A stretch of DNA of 64,000 nt from Torpedo marmorata (Eukaryota), in NCBI GenBank assembly GCA_977017645.1, contig OZ360227.1, positions 102,734,001 to 102,798,000 of the forward strand, given 5' to 3'. Position 1 is the stretch's first letter; each line of letters opens with the position of its first letter. A program made the translations under genes and the position numbers. Positions 13,320 to 25,227 of this stretch are shown in pieces. Under the pieces are notes generated by a model. That model made no database searches and was not told the origin of the DNA. It worked only from the letters and a program-made list of their open reading frames with translations.

Positions 13320-13632
13320 CAGCTGCAAGAGCTTCTGCTTCACGCTCCAACCCGATTACATACCTGACCTTTGGAGCCATCCATGTGGAGTTTGCACATT
13401 CTCCCTATGATAGTGTGGGTTTCCTCCAGGTGCTCTGGTTTCTCCCACGTGATGTCCAGGTTGGTAGGTTGACCATGTAAATGTTCCATGGTGTATAGGT
13501 GAGTGGTAGAATCTTGGGAAGGGGAGTTGATGGTAGTATGAGGAGAATATGTTTGGAGATTAATAGGGGAATAGGATTGCTCTGAGAACCAACATTGACT
13601 CAATAGGCTCAATGGTCTCCTTCTACTGTATG
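13320..13632 (+). mobile_element. Old V-SINE-like copy
   Basis: GTGGAGTTTGCACATTCTCCC...GTGGGTTTCCTCCAGGTGCTCTGGTTTCTCCCAC central domain. Confidence 0.7.
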
Positions 13633-16600
13633 TGCAAGGAACTATGAAGCCAGTGTAAGTTACCCCCTAGGCTAAGCACCTTGACAAGCCTAGTTAACTA
13701 TTGGATAAAGCGCCACAAGACCACTGTGATTCCCTGTAAAAACTTCCATACATTGAGCTCTCATTGCATCATCTGCATCCACTGAACTACTGAGAGACTG
13801 GGTGGCTGCTGCTTGTGGAATGGAATACAAATAAAATGATTACATCATCCATCAGATGTTGCAAAATGCTCAATTACAAATGTGCAAACAGAATTAGCCT
13901 CCAATAGTGGGATTAATCTTCTCCAATCTCTGCACAAAGCCTTGTGTCATGATGATGCTGGACTCCTCCAACTTCTTTGACATTGCTTCTAGACTTTCTT
14001 CCAGATTGAGAGGGCAGCAAGTATTTCTCATGAATTCTCCTCATCTGATTTATTAAATTCCTCAAATAAGTTTTCCTCTGCGATTCAAGATTTGAATGAG
14101 GTCATCAAACTTATTGCAGCATTATTTCTGGATTCTTGGGTTATAATTTCTGCATCTTACCTGCAGGGCTATCTGCTTCCATCTGATTCTGTATCTAGAA
14201 TGCCATCCAGCCATTATAGATAAAAGACAACTTTCCACTCTTTTTTTTTTTACCTTCTGCACCAAGACCTACGGTTCAGCACCAGTAATTCATGGAGTCT
14301 GTAGTCTCCTACATCGATCCTTCTTTCCTTTAAGAGGTGTAGGTCTGCTTTTAACAGTGTTGGCTAGCTTTAATTGATGTAAGCTACTCATGCTATTGGC
14401 CCCGCTGAAACACAGCCAATGAATAGGAAAGCTGTCTGGGTTCTACAATTATGGGAGTGATCTGGCAACAAAAAACTGGCGTGGCACCTGCATTTCCACT
14501 TTATGGATATGGGTCAATCCTTCATCGTTGTTCACATGCCAGATTTCAGAAGTCATCAAAGTTAGCTGCCCTTGGTGACTAACAGGTGAACTAAAATTAG
14601 ATTGGGTGTCAAATTAGAAAAAAAATCAGATTCTTCAATAAAATACAGATTTGTTTTGCGCATTTTGTTTATTTCTAAAAACATCAACACTTGAGAAGAT
14701 CTGTGGTCCATTATGTCAGACAATGAGGTCTGAGTCAGGACTTGCTTTGAAATGTTGTCATTGTCAGGCTTGTTGTTGGTCAAGATCTAACTATATCACA
14801 CAGGTCATGTTCATGGTATGAATGCTTTTCCTTCCTGTGGTAAGCTATTGTACTTGCAACATTCATCACATGTCTGTCAGCAGGTTGGAGTGTCATATGC
14901 ACAGCACTTGAACCTGTGATCACAGAGGTGTGAAGTAAGCTCCATAACTCTGAGAACTGTAATATTAACATTCAAATAAAAACAGAAACATTATTTTGAT
15001 TTATTTAGTAATGTTTGGAAAATGCGTTTCTGTACATTTTCCAATCGCAATTTTACAGCAACTTTTACTGCATTCTGTGAACAGAAGGATTTGAATGCTA
15101 AGGTTGTTCAGAACACTGTGGGTTAACTCAATACTAATTATCTGGTTAACCTTTAGAGCACTGATATTCTTATAGCTCTTCAAATGTACCAGGAATCAAT
15201 GAAAAAGATAGCTTGCTCTAAATGTTAATGTAATGCCATTATTTTGATGCAAGATTAGGAAACCTTAATTTATCGTATACTCCTTAGAATGTAATTAATG
15301 CTACTTCGATACAGAAAGATGAATACACACTTTGAAGAATTTATATGTTGCTCCAAGCTGTAATCATTCTTTCAACGTAGAAATTGTATAATGAATTCTA
15401 ACACTGAAATTGGACTTCAAAAATGAGGACTAAACCGTTAAGCAATTCAGTGCCATTCCACCTTTTGCAATGTCTGATTTTTTTTCTATAAATTCTTCTA
15501 ACTTCTTGGTTTGTGGTATTATATTTACCCTTAATCAAAAATTAAAATCTTTAAAACAGATCTATTGCATGCAACAACTGACATGTGAAAATATCAACAG
15601 TTTTAATATCATCCAATAAAAATAGGCTTTGTTCCATTACTATGAGTAATTACATCCATCTTTCCTGAGTGAGTGTGCAGTAAGGGTGTTCATTGTATGA
15701 CTGTCCCTGAATGTTAAAGGTCGTATGTCAGTTTTATGGGAGTAGAGTAGGCTATGTCTAATGAACTGCTGTTACAATATGTTTTGAATATGAATACATT
15801 AATTTTTTAAATGTCTTTCAAATATCCTCATGCATCAGCCTTTTTAACACTGATAATTTGACAGAGGACCCTGGTTCTATCTGAGTGAGCTCATTGGTGC
15901 TTACTGCACACCTGCGCCTATCCATGCATTAAACTTTGATCATAAGGCTCTGCGCAAATGAACTGTCAGATCATTACTGCATTTGATGCAATATAATCTG
16001 TCTGGAAATTAGCATCACCCATCCACACAGGAATTTCACAGCACATAGGCCAATGCAGTGTTTGAATATGCATTTGTGGAGATTCATATCCATTCCTAAT
16101 CTCCAGAGAGTACAAGTTGAGAGCAGATTTGTGAATTAGCATGTCGAGTGGGAAGGATCCCTTCATTTCAGCTGCTGCATATGCCGTTCTCTCTTGTTCA
16201 TTATAGTTGCATTTCATCAGCTTTATGATGTCCACATGTCAATTGAGTGCGAGGATGTTGCACACAAAAGAGCCTCAGGGAAAACTACTTCACTAGCTAA
16301 TCAACTGATTATCATACCTCAAATGGGCCACAGTATGCCGCGTGAAAATAAAGGCTAGCAAGAGTAAAAACTGGAGAACATAGCAGCATCTACACATTAA
16401 GACAATACGCTAGCAGAAATGAAATGCAGTAATAGCAAAGAGAGGCTCTATTCACTTCACAGACCTTCTGCCTTATGTTGCATCAAAAGTGCCTAACACA
16501 CAGATGCACTATTTAACAATGCTCTCATTGAATGTGGGTAAGGTTGCTGAGCTAAGCCCTGAAGAATAAAGGGGAGCAGGTCCCCCGTGATAGGCAAAAG

Positions 16601-17194
16601 CTGAACATCGATGCCAGCTTCCATCTGTCATGATAGCCTATCTCTGAACCTTCAATCTGTCAGAAGCTTGCTGCCTTACTGAAGGATCCAGGAGATTTGG
16701 TGCACTAAACACATTTGACAACAGCATTATCACTGCAAGGAGCCAGGCAAAATGCCATCAATGTGTTAATTGAAGCTAGATGTGTAAACTGTCACTTCTC
16801 ATCTTTTTTAACACCACCAATGCCAATATAATGCACATAATTTCTGCATGTTATGCACACAGAATTATGTCATGGGTAGTGGTGTGCATTTCCCTTGTTT
16901 GTTAAAAGGTATGCATTTTACTGATGCTGTTTTGCATATCTCATAAAAAGATTAATTTTGTTTTTTAAAATATTATAGAGGTTGATCCAAAAACATCGAT
17001 ATTCGAGTTTTAACTTCACATTTACTTCTTTAAAATGTAGTGACTATATTGATTCAGCCTGCACATTTTCCCAGATTTTGTAAGATGTAAAGATATCTCA
17101 AGCACCCTCTTTAATGCTAACAGTTAAGTCTCTATTGACATGTCATATACATAAGCAGAATGCACAACATGCCTGCCCCTATTAACTATGGGGG

Positions 17195-17440
17195 TGGTGT
17201 TCACACTCTCACCTTGAAGTTAGGAGGTTTGATGTTCAAGTACCTCTCCAACCACTTCAGCAGAAAGATCACTGTTGACATTCCAGTGCAGTAATGTTGG
17301 AGTGCAGCAATATTAAGCATGCTGTATTTCAAATAAGAGATTAAACTAAGGCTCCCTGCTCATGACCCCTTGGCACTATTTCTAAAAATGAACAGGAGAG
17401 TTAACCCCTGTGCCCTAACCTAAATTTATTCCTAAATCCA
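17195..17440 (+). mobile_element. Deu-domain SINE (SacSINE1/AmnSINE1-like) remnant
   Basis: tRNA-like head followed by GACATTCCAGTGCAGTA...GAGTGC...TTAAAC...GGCACTATTT, matching my recollection of the Deu domain. Confidence 0.6.
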
Positions 17441-17677
17441 CATTTCTAGAATGCATACTCTCCTACATTCTTTTGTTTATATTCTCACTCTCTAAGTGCT
17501 CCCATTCACTCATTTAACCCCATCAGAGACAGCCACATCCCCCATCCTCTTTGCAGCTTAACAAACTTCTTTTCTCTCCTTCCTAGTTCTGGGTTATTCA
17601 TTTGTTTAAGAAGGGCAACAGGAACAGCCCTGGAAGTTTTAAGGTCTTACATCAGCAGTAGGGAAATTACTGTATTG

Positions 17678-19250
17678 GAGAGAAACATGAAAGTTTGCAG
17701 CCGTTGTGATTGTAGTCAAAACCCAGAAATGCTGGAGGAACTCAGCTCGTCTTGCAGCGTCCATAGGAAGTAAATATATATAACTGACGTTTTGGGCCTG
17801 AGCCTTTCTTCAAGGTATGTGAAAAAATACAGGCGTCTGAATTAAAGACTGGGTAAAGAAAGGGGGAAGTATGGGGGGGAAGTACAGACCAACAGATAAA
17901 ATGTGTTAATTGGATATGATAAGAGGAAAGGTGAGAATTGATTGTGGCTCTGTGAAAGGAAACAGAGGGAAATAGGAAGATAGAGAGTGAGAGACAGAGC
18001 TAAAGGAAAGGAGACAGGGGGAAGAGGCTAAGGGAGGGGAGTATCTAACAGAAACTGGAGAAGTCGAATGTTAATGCCATCCAATTGGAGGATGCCCAGA
18101 CGGAATATGAAGTGTTGTTCCTCCAATTTGCGTGTGGTCTCAGCCTGGCAGTGCATGAGACTATGGACAGACATGTCAGCAAGAGAATGGGGCAGGGAAT
18201 TGAAATGGGTGGCCACTGGGAGATCCACGCAATTGCGGCGGACAGAGCTGAGGTGCTCAATGAAGCAATCTCCCAGTCTGCGTCCAGTCTTTCCGATGTA
18301 GACCACAGCGGTAGCACCAGATGCAGTAGATGATCGCTGCAAATTCACAAGTGTTGCTTCACTTGGAAGGACTGCATGGGGCCCCCAATGGTAGTGAGGG
18401 AGGAGGTGTGGGCGCAAGTGAAGCATCTCCTGTGGTCACAGAGGTAGCTGCCAAGGGGGCGATTGGTGGGGAGGGAGGAGTGGACGAGGGAGTCACAGAG
18501 AGAGCAGTCCCTGCAGAAGGAGGAGAGGGGAGGAGAGGGGAATATGCGTCTGGTGGTGGGATCATGTAGTAGGTGGCGGAAATGACAGAAGATGCAGAGG
18601 CTGGTGGGGTGGTAGGTGAGGACAAGGGGAATCCTGTCATTGTTGTGTGTAGGGGTGGAGGGGGCAAGGGCAGATGTGCGGGCAGTGGAGGATATACGGG
18701 TGATGGCCATGTTGATGGTGGTAGAGGGGAAGCCACATTGTTTGAAGAAGAAGTACATCTCTAATGATCTGGCATGGAAGACCTCGTCCTGGGAGCAGAT
18801 GCAATGGGGATGGAGGAATTGAGAGAAAGGAATGGAATCCTTACAGGGGACAGAGTGTGAAGAGGTGTAGCGAGGTAGCTGTGGGAGTTGGTGGGTTTGT
18901 AGAAGATGTCTGTCTAGAGTTTGTCTCCCGAGATGGAGACAGAGAGAGATTAGGAAAAAAGAGTGTTGCTAGAGATGGACCAAGTCAATTTGAGGTCAGG
19001 ATGGAAGTTGGCAGCAAAGTGGATGAAGTTGACGAGCTCATCATGGGTGCATGAGGCAGCACCAAAGTAGTCATCGATGTAGCAGAGGAAGAGCTTGAAG
19101 GGTCTTGCCTGTGTAGGCTTGTAGCATGGATTGCTCCACGTTGCCAATGAAAAGGCAGGCATAGCTTAGGCCCATGCGGGTAACCATGGCTACCCCTTTG
19201 ACCTGGAGAAAGTGGGCTGAGTCAAAGGAGAAGTTATTGAGGGTGAGGAG
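17678..19250 (-). mobile_element. Penelope-like element, degraded (RT C-terminus, GIY-YIG endonuclease, 3' tail)
   Basis: Minus frames give LFLCYIDDYFG, NDRIPLVLTYHP and VYIGKTGRRLGDCFIEHL...RKLEEQHFIFRLG. Collinear with 20551-22100. Confidence 0.9.
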
Positions 19251-19251
19251 A

Positions 19252-19575
19252 AGATTCTTAGGGATAGATTTATCCTCATTTAGAAAAGCATGGGCTTATT
19301 AGGGATAGTCTGCATGACTGTGCAGGCTGTTCTGTCTCACAAATTTGATTCTGTTTTTTTGACAAAGCCAAGATGATTGGTGAGGGTCAGTCAGTGGATA
19401 TTGTTTACATGGACTTTAGTAAAGCATTTGATAAGTAGGTCATGGTAAGCTGGTCCATAAGATTAAGTCACATCGGGATCCACAATGAGTTGGGTAAGTT
19501 GGATACAAAATTGGCTTGTTCATAGAAGACTGAGGGTAGAGGTGGAGGGGAGTTTCTCCAACTAGAGGCTGTGCA
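19252..19575 (+). mobile_element. CR1 RT internal fragment
   Basis: Reads ..CLTNL.., VDIVYMDFSKAFDK and WIQNWL...LRVEVEG. Confidence 0.75.
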
Positions 19576-20244
19576 AACATGCTTGAATTAAGCAGATGAT
19601 GGTTTACTAAAACAAAGATTCTCACCATTATCTCTTTGGATCCCTGAAAACAACAAATTTTATTACTGGTCACACAGAGGTAGCAACTTACTCAGCACTT
19701 TATCTGATGGCAGAAATTATTTAACCTTGTGTTTTGTACTCACGAGCACCATTAATGACGATAGAATTTTTCATGGAACCTTCTCCTAAGATTAGGTGTG
19801 GCAGCACTGCAGTTTCAACCTAATCTGATGGCCCTTGAGTTGCTTAGATTAGAGAATTTATAACTTTATGAAATCCTAACATGAACTCTACATTCATTGT
19901 TGATGCAGGTTTATGCCTTAGCTTGGGGTAATGGCAGACTGAGGTTAAGTATTGCATTATAGTGCAAATCTGCTGTTGATTATGGGCCTCAGCACCCAAA
20001 TCTTCACAAGGAAGCTGTGTGAGTTATTGGTAAGATGAAGGTATTAGATACAATTTAATCACTATGTATGAAGTAATATTTTTGATGAAAACTAGAGTAT
20101 TTATATTTAATTGCTGATAGGCTCAATATAATGGCAGAGGAATTTGAAAATAGCTGAACAGTAGCACCTCGGAATGTGAAAAATATGAAAGGTAATTGAT
20201 CTTGAAATGTTATCACTGCTTCTTTTTCCATATCTGTGAATGTT

Positions 20245-20549
20245 CACATCCTTTTCCCAGGGTAGGTGATTCTAGAACTAGACGGCATAGGTTTAAGGTG
20301 AGAGGGGAGATATTTAAGAGGGATCCACAGGGCAACTCTTTCACTCAGAGGGTGGTCCTTATCTGGAATGAGCATCAAGAAACTGGAGAAACAGGCACAA
20401 TTTTGGCATTCAAAAGACATTTGGACAGATTTATGGATAGGAAGATATGGACCAAATGCAGACAAATGGGACTAGCCTAGAATGCCAACTTGGTCAGCCT
20501 GGATGAGTTGCAGTGAAGGGCCTGTTCCGTGCTGTATGACTCTATGACT
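20245..20549 (+). mobile_element. CR1 (HER1-like) 3' end
   Basis: ORF SRTRRHRFKVRG...FTQRVVLIWN...FKRHLDRFMD, ending in GGGCCTGTTCCGTGCTGTATGACTCTATGACT. Confidence 0.88.
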
Positions 20550-20550
20550 A

Positions 20551-22836
20551 AAGTAAAACACAAAAATCTGTAGACACCGTGGTTGAAGTTAAAAACACAA
20601 ATGCTGGAGAAACTCAGCAGGTCAAACAGTGTATTTTATGTTGCAAAGGTAGAAATACATAACCGATGTTTCGGGCTTGAGCCCTTCATCAAAGTATGAG
20701 AAAATGCCGGCAGGCGTCCGAACAAAAGAGGGGGGGAAGGGGGGAGGTGGCAAAGGCAGGAGATGATAGGTGGAGAAAGGAGGGAGGAGACAGAAGCAAA
20801 GAGGGGGAGGAGGGATGGCTGGGTGGGTGGAAAAAAACAGGAAGGACAGGTGAGGGGGGAGGGGAAGGAAAAGACAAGCAGGTTTAGTGGAAAGCAGAAA
20901 AGTCAATGTTAATGCCATCTGGCTGGAGAGTGCCCAGACGGAAAATGAGATGTTGTTCCTCCAATTTGCGGGTAGTCTGGGTGGGATAGTACATAAGGCC
21001 ATGGACAGACATGTGAGTGTGGGAGTGTGACTCGGAGTTGAAATGGCTGGCTACTGGGAGGTCGCTGTTGTTGCGGACGGAGAGGAGGTGCTCAGCAAAG
21101 CGATCTCCTAATCTACGACCGGTCTCTCCGATGTAGAGAAAGCCACAAAGGGAGCACCGGATGCAGTAAATAAGTTCTCTGGATGTACAAGTGAAGTGTA
21201 GTTTCACTTGAAAGGCCTGTTTGGGGCCCCGGACCGTGGTGAGGGGGGAGGTGTGGGCGCAGGTGTTGCACCTCCTGCAGGCACAGGGGAAGGGGCCGGG
21301 GGTGCGATGGGTGGGGAGGGATGAGTGCACGAGGGAATCATGGAGGGAGCGGTCCCTGCAGAAGGCCGAGTAGGGAGGAGAAGGAAAAATGTGTCTGATG
21401 GTGGGATCCTGTAGTAAGTGCCGGAAATTCCGGCGGATAATGTGTTGGATTCGGAGGCTGGTGGGGTGGTAGGTGAGGATGAGGGGGATTCTATGTTTGT
21501 TGCATCTGGGGGCAGAGGGGGCCAGGGCAGATGAGCGGGAAATGGAGGAGATGCGGGTAAGGGCTGAGTTGATGGTGGTGGAGGGGAAGCCACGTTTGTG
21601 GAAGAAAGCAGACATTTCAGAAGATCTGGACTGGAAGACCTCATCTTGGGAACAGATGCGGCGGAGACAGAGAAATTGAGAGAAGGGGATGTAATCCTTG
21701 CAGGGGACAGGGTGTGAGGAAGTGTAGTCCAGATAATTGTGGGAGTTGGAGGGTTTGTAGTAAATGTCGGTGGAAAGCTTGTCTCCTGAGATGGAGACAG
21801 AGAGATCCAGGAAGGGGAGAGTGTTATCAGAAATGGACCAGATGAATTTGAGATCGGGGTGGAAGTTGGATGCGAAGTGGATGAAGTTGACAAGCTCATC
21901 GCGGGTGCATGAGGCAGCCCCGATGTAGTCGTTGATATAACGGAGGAAGAGATGAGGGGTCTTGCCTGTGTAGGCTTGCAGCATGGATTGCTCCACAAAG
22001 CCCACAAACAGGCAGGCGTAGCTGGGACCCATGCGGGTACCCATGGCTACTCCTTTGATTTGGAGGAAGTGGGATGAGTTAAAGGAGAAGTTATTGAGAA
22101 TGAGGACAAGTTCTGCCAGGCGGAGGAGGGTGGTGGTAGAGGGAGAACTGGTCGGGTCTTTGGTCCAGGAAGAAGCGAAGTGCTTTCAGAACTTCTGTGT
22201 GAGGGATAGAGGTATAAAGGGATTGGACATCCATGGTGAAGATGATGCAGTCCGGTTCAGGGAATCTGAAGTCATTGAGGAGATGGAGGGCATGTGAGGT
22301 GTCGCGGATGTAGGTGGGGAGGGATTGGACCTGGGAGAAAAGATGGAGTCAAGGTAAGATGAAACTAGTTTGGTGGGGCAGGAGCAGGCAGAAACAATGG
22401 GTCTGCCCTGATGGTTGGGTTTGTGTATCTTGGGTAGAAGGTAGAAACGGGCAGTGCAGGGGTGGGAGAGAATGAAGTTGGTGGCCGTGGAGGGGAGGTG
22501 ACCGAAGGTGATGAGGTCGGAGATGGTGTTGGAGACAGTGGCTTGATGTGCAGTGGTGGGGTCCTGTGGGAGGGGTCGGTAGGAGGAGGTGTCTGAGAGC
22601 TGTCGACTGGCCTCGGCAAGGTAGAGGTTAGTGTGCCAGACCATAACCGCACCGCACTTGTCTGCGGGTTTGATGGTGAGGTTGGGATTGTTGTGGAGAG
22701 AGTGGAGGGCAGAGCGTTCTGAGGTATTTCTAGGGTAGAAGGTAGAAACGGGCAGTGCGGAGGTATTTCTTGGGTAGAAGGTAGAAACGGGCACTGCTGT
22801 TTGACTCTTAGTTTCAGTATTTTGTGTTTTTACTTT
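20551..22836 (-). mobile_element. Penelope-like retroelement, the most intact copy here (RT plus GIY-YIG endonuclease), with a rearranged 5' end
   Basis: ORF 22186-22794 has IKPADK...FYLLPKIHKP...GRPIVS. ORF 20884-22044 has MGTRMGPSYA, YIND (catalytic YIDD mutated), FLDL, a Cys cluster and LIYCIRC...YIGETGR (GIY-YIG). There is a frameshift between them. Confidence 0.95.
20658..20698 (-). ncRNA. Minimal hammerhead ribozyme-like motif in the Penelope 3' region
   Basis: The minus strand reads CAUACU-UUGAUGA-A-GGGC UCAA GCCC-GAAACAUC-GGUUAUG: a core-like UUGAUGA/GAAA, a stem II and a plausible stem I. Confidence 0.55.
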
Positions 22837-23433
22837 AAAAAATATAAAGTATAGGTTTTATCTCAAATTATAGAATACACCTATTATTAGATAGTTAAAC
22901 ATCCATTTTCATCTATGTTGCCCTGGTATCAGATGGATTCCTGTGAGCACAAATTATTCTATTTGGTCTTTCCACAAATACAACCCTGTATGATCTATCT
23001 GTTGCTACTTCTCATGCCAAAAGAGGGAAAAAGATTTTTTACCAGAACCCTCTTACAAGATACAGACATTGTACAGCCATGGCAAGTACTGTACTTTAAA
23101 ATATTTGACCTAATTAACATGATGATCAAATGGACCTGTGATTACAAACTCTACACTATGATTTCTGCACACTTTACCCTATGCAGAAGTATCATCTTTG
23201 GCTCACTGGTAGCACCTCAACTGAATTAGAAGGTTGTAGGCTCAAGCCCCATTTGAATGACTCACATAATTAAGGCTTCTGGTGTAGTAATGAATTGTTT
23301 CAGGTACTTGTTTTTAAGATGAGTGCTGTAGGGGAAAGAATAGTGATGGCTATAACTAGTAAAGAGGGATGTGAATTGTGCTAATGTGGTAACAGGGAAC
23401 TTGAAGACAGGCCCAAGAAAAAAGCCGTGGAAA

Positions 23434-23601
23434 TAGGGTGGCCATTCCAAAAGGACATGGTCATAAGTTACCAGTGTGTTTCAAAAAAAAATTATATGTT
23501 TTTTATAAGATTTAAACGGTATTGCAAAAACAACAAATGCAAACACACTGTATATATATGGTAACCTATGACCATGTCCTCCTTTTGGAATGGCCACCCT
23601 A
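23434..23601. mobile_element. hAT-superfamily MITE (Blackjack-like termini), 168 bp
   Basis: ~40-bp TIRs TAGGGTGGCCATTCCAAAAGGA..CATGGTCATA.GTTACCA. The 8-bp TSD is CGTGGAAA (23426-23433) / CATGGAAA (23602-23609). Confidence 0.9.
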
Positions 23602-24054
23602 CATGGAAAGCTGTGACGATATCCAAGTTTCAGGAACATCATTAATTATGTTATAGTGTGCACCTTTTGCTGTAATAGGAAATTGGATTGATGTTAAGTA
23701 AGTTACAATCATGACATGCACCTATTGTTGTAACAGAAACTTAGACTCATTGTTAACTAGTTAAACTTCTAGATAATTAAGCATTCTATTCTGTAATCAA
23801 CCTTCATCTTGCCAGTAACTAGATCTTTGTAACTCCATTCAGTAATCAAAACAGTTAATCTAAGTTAATCAAGTTTCTGTAATCATATCTATTGAGAGTA
23901 CAAAATCTGTACCAAAATCATGCTCAGGAGATCAGCTTTACTGGTCTTCAGATGTGCACAGTTTTAATAAATCGCCTGTTGTTTCGAACACCAACTCCGC
24001 ATGGTATTTCTTTTTGCTCCTACAATGGGGGATTAAATAAACCATCCATTTCAT

Positions 24055-24515
24055 CTTTCAGGTGGATTAAAAATATCTTTGTACTATTTGGAGGAGGCTG
24101 GGATCTTTCTCTTGGTACACAAGCCAACATTCATCCATTAGTCAATACCTAAAACAGATAACCTAGTCATTAATTTCAGTAAAAACACAATGCTGGAGAA
24201 ACTCAGCAGGTGTCCTTTATATAGCAAAGATAAAGATACACAACCGATGCTTCGGGCCCAGCCCTTCACCAAGAATCTTTATCTTTGCTATACAAAGGAC
24301 ACTATTTGACCTGCTCAGTTTCTCCAGCATTGTGTTTTTACTTCAACCACGGTGTCCACATACTTTGGTGTTTCACTTCTTTTCATTAATTTCACTGCTG
24401 TTTAGTGCTACTTGACTGCCATGTTACATAGGTAGATATACCGGTACTCCAAACGTGCTTTGCTGGCTATAAAGTGCTATAAAGATCATGCAGATATCAT
24501 AAAAGGTGCAAGTCC
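24055..24515 (+). mobile_element. Deu-SINE-like 3' half, interrupted by a Penelope-derived insert
   Basis: TCAGGTGGA..AAAA...TACTATTTGGAGGAG...GCCAACATTCATCC...AAAACAGAT...GTCATTA|...GCTGTTT...GGCTATAAAG...TGCAAGTCCTTC. Confidence 0.55.
24179..24382. mobile_element. Penelope-tail insert with internal inversion (foldback)
   Basis: The left arm ~24179-24237 is the reverse complement of the right arm ~24275-24341, apart from a small deletion. A 12-bp TSD TCATTAATTTCA is at 24167-24178 and 24383-24394. Confidence 0.88.
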
Positions 24516-24548
24516 TTCAGTTTTAGTTCAAGTCAAAACAGAGCATAT

Positions 24549-25227
24549 GTTTTAGATGCAATAATGAGGAAGGTTCTTTTGTTCATTCTACATGGTTTTG
24601 TCCAAAGATTCAAGATTTTTGGTTGAAAGTTAAAAAATTTTTAGATAAAGTATTTAATACTGTATTTCCAATGGATCCTGTTATTTTTATTTGGAGATAT
24701 TAAAAAAAAAATTTTAGTATTAAAAAGAAATTAAATATGTTTCAAGTAGAATTTTTACGAATTGCTTTAGCTGTTTCGAAAAAATGCATTGCTATTACTT
24801 GGAAATCTGATTTAGATTTAGGATTAGAAAGATGGCATGCAGAGCTTCGTTCGTGTATACCACTGGAAAAAATTACTTATAATTTACGTAATAAATATCA
24901 TTTCTTCTTTAAAATTTGGAGCCCATATATGAGAGCTGTGGGTTTAAGGATTTGAAGATCTCTGGATATCGGATCTACTGGCACATTTGACCTCCATAAT
25001 AGAATTAGTTTATAGATGGTATTCCCCTTATTCTATCTTTTTCTTTCTTTCTTTTTTCTATTTTTACTTTTATTTTAATTTTACTAGATTAGTGGGGATG
25101 GGGGGGGGGGGGTTGGGGAGGGGAGGGAGGGAGGGGGGGTGAAAATGTATCACATGTATTTTGATAATTTTATATTTTATTTTATGTATTTTGTGATTTA
25201 AAAGTTTAAATAAAATAATTTAAAAAA
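24549..25227 (+). mobile_element. L1 3' fragment, same family as 61113-63622
   Basis: Nearly identical to 62927-63600. It has a G-rich 3' UTR and an A-tail, and is flanked by a 57-bp direct repeat. Confidence 0.93.

Noticed and set aside
21204-22007. 267-aa Pro/Ser/Thr-rich ORF (and similar ORFs at 18359-18736 and 22365-22652)
   Set aside because: These are alternative-frame shadows of the C-rich Penelope coding strand.
20884-22044. Active or domesticated Penelope ORF
   Set aside because: The catalytic YIDD is YIND, the upstream part is frameshifted and the 5' end is truncated and rearranged.
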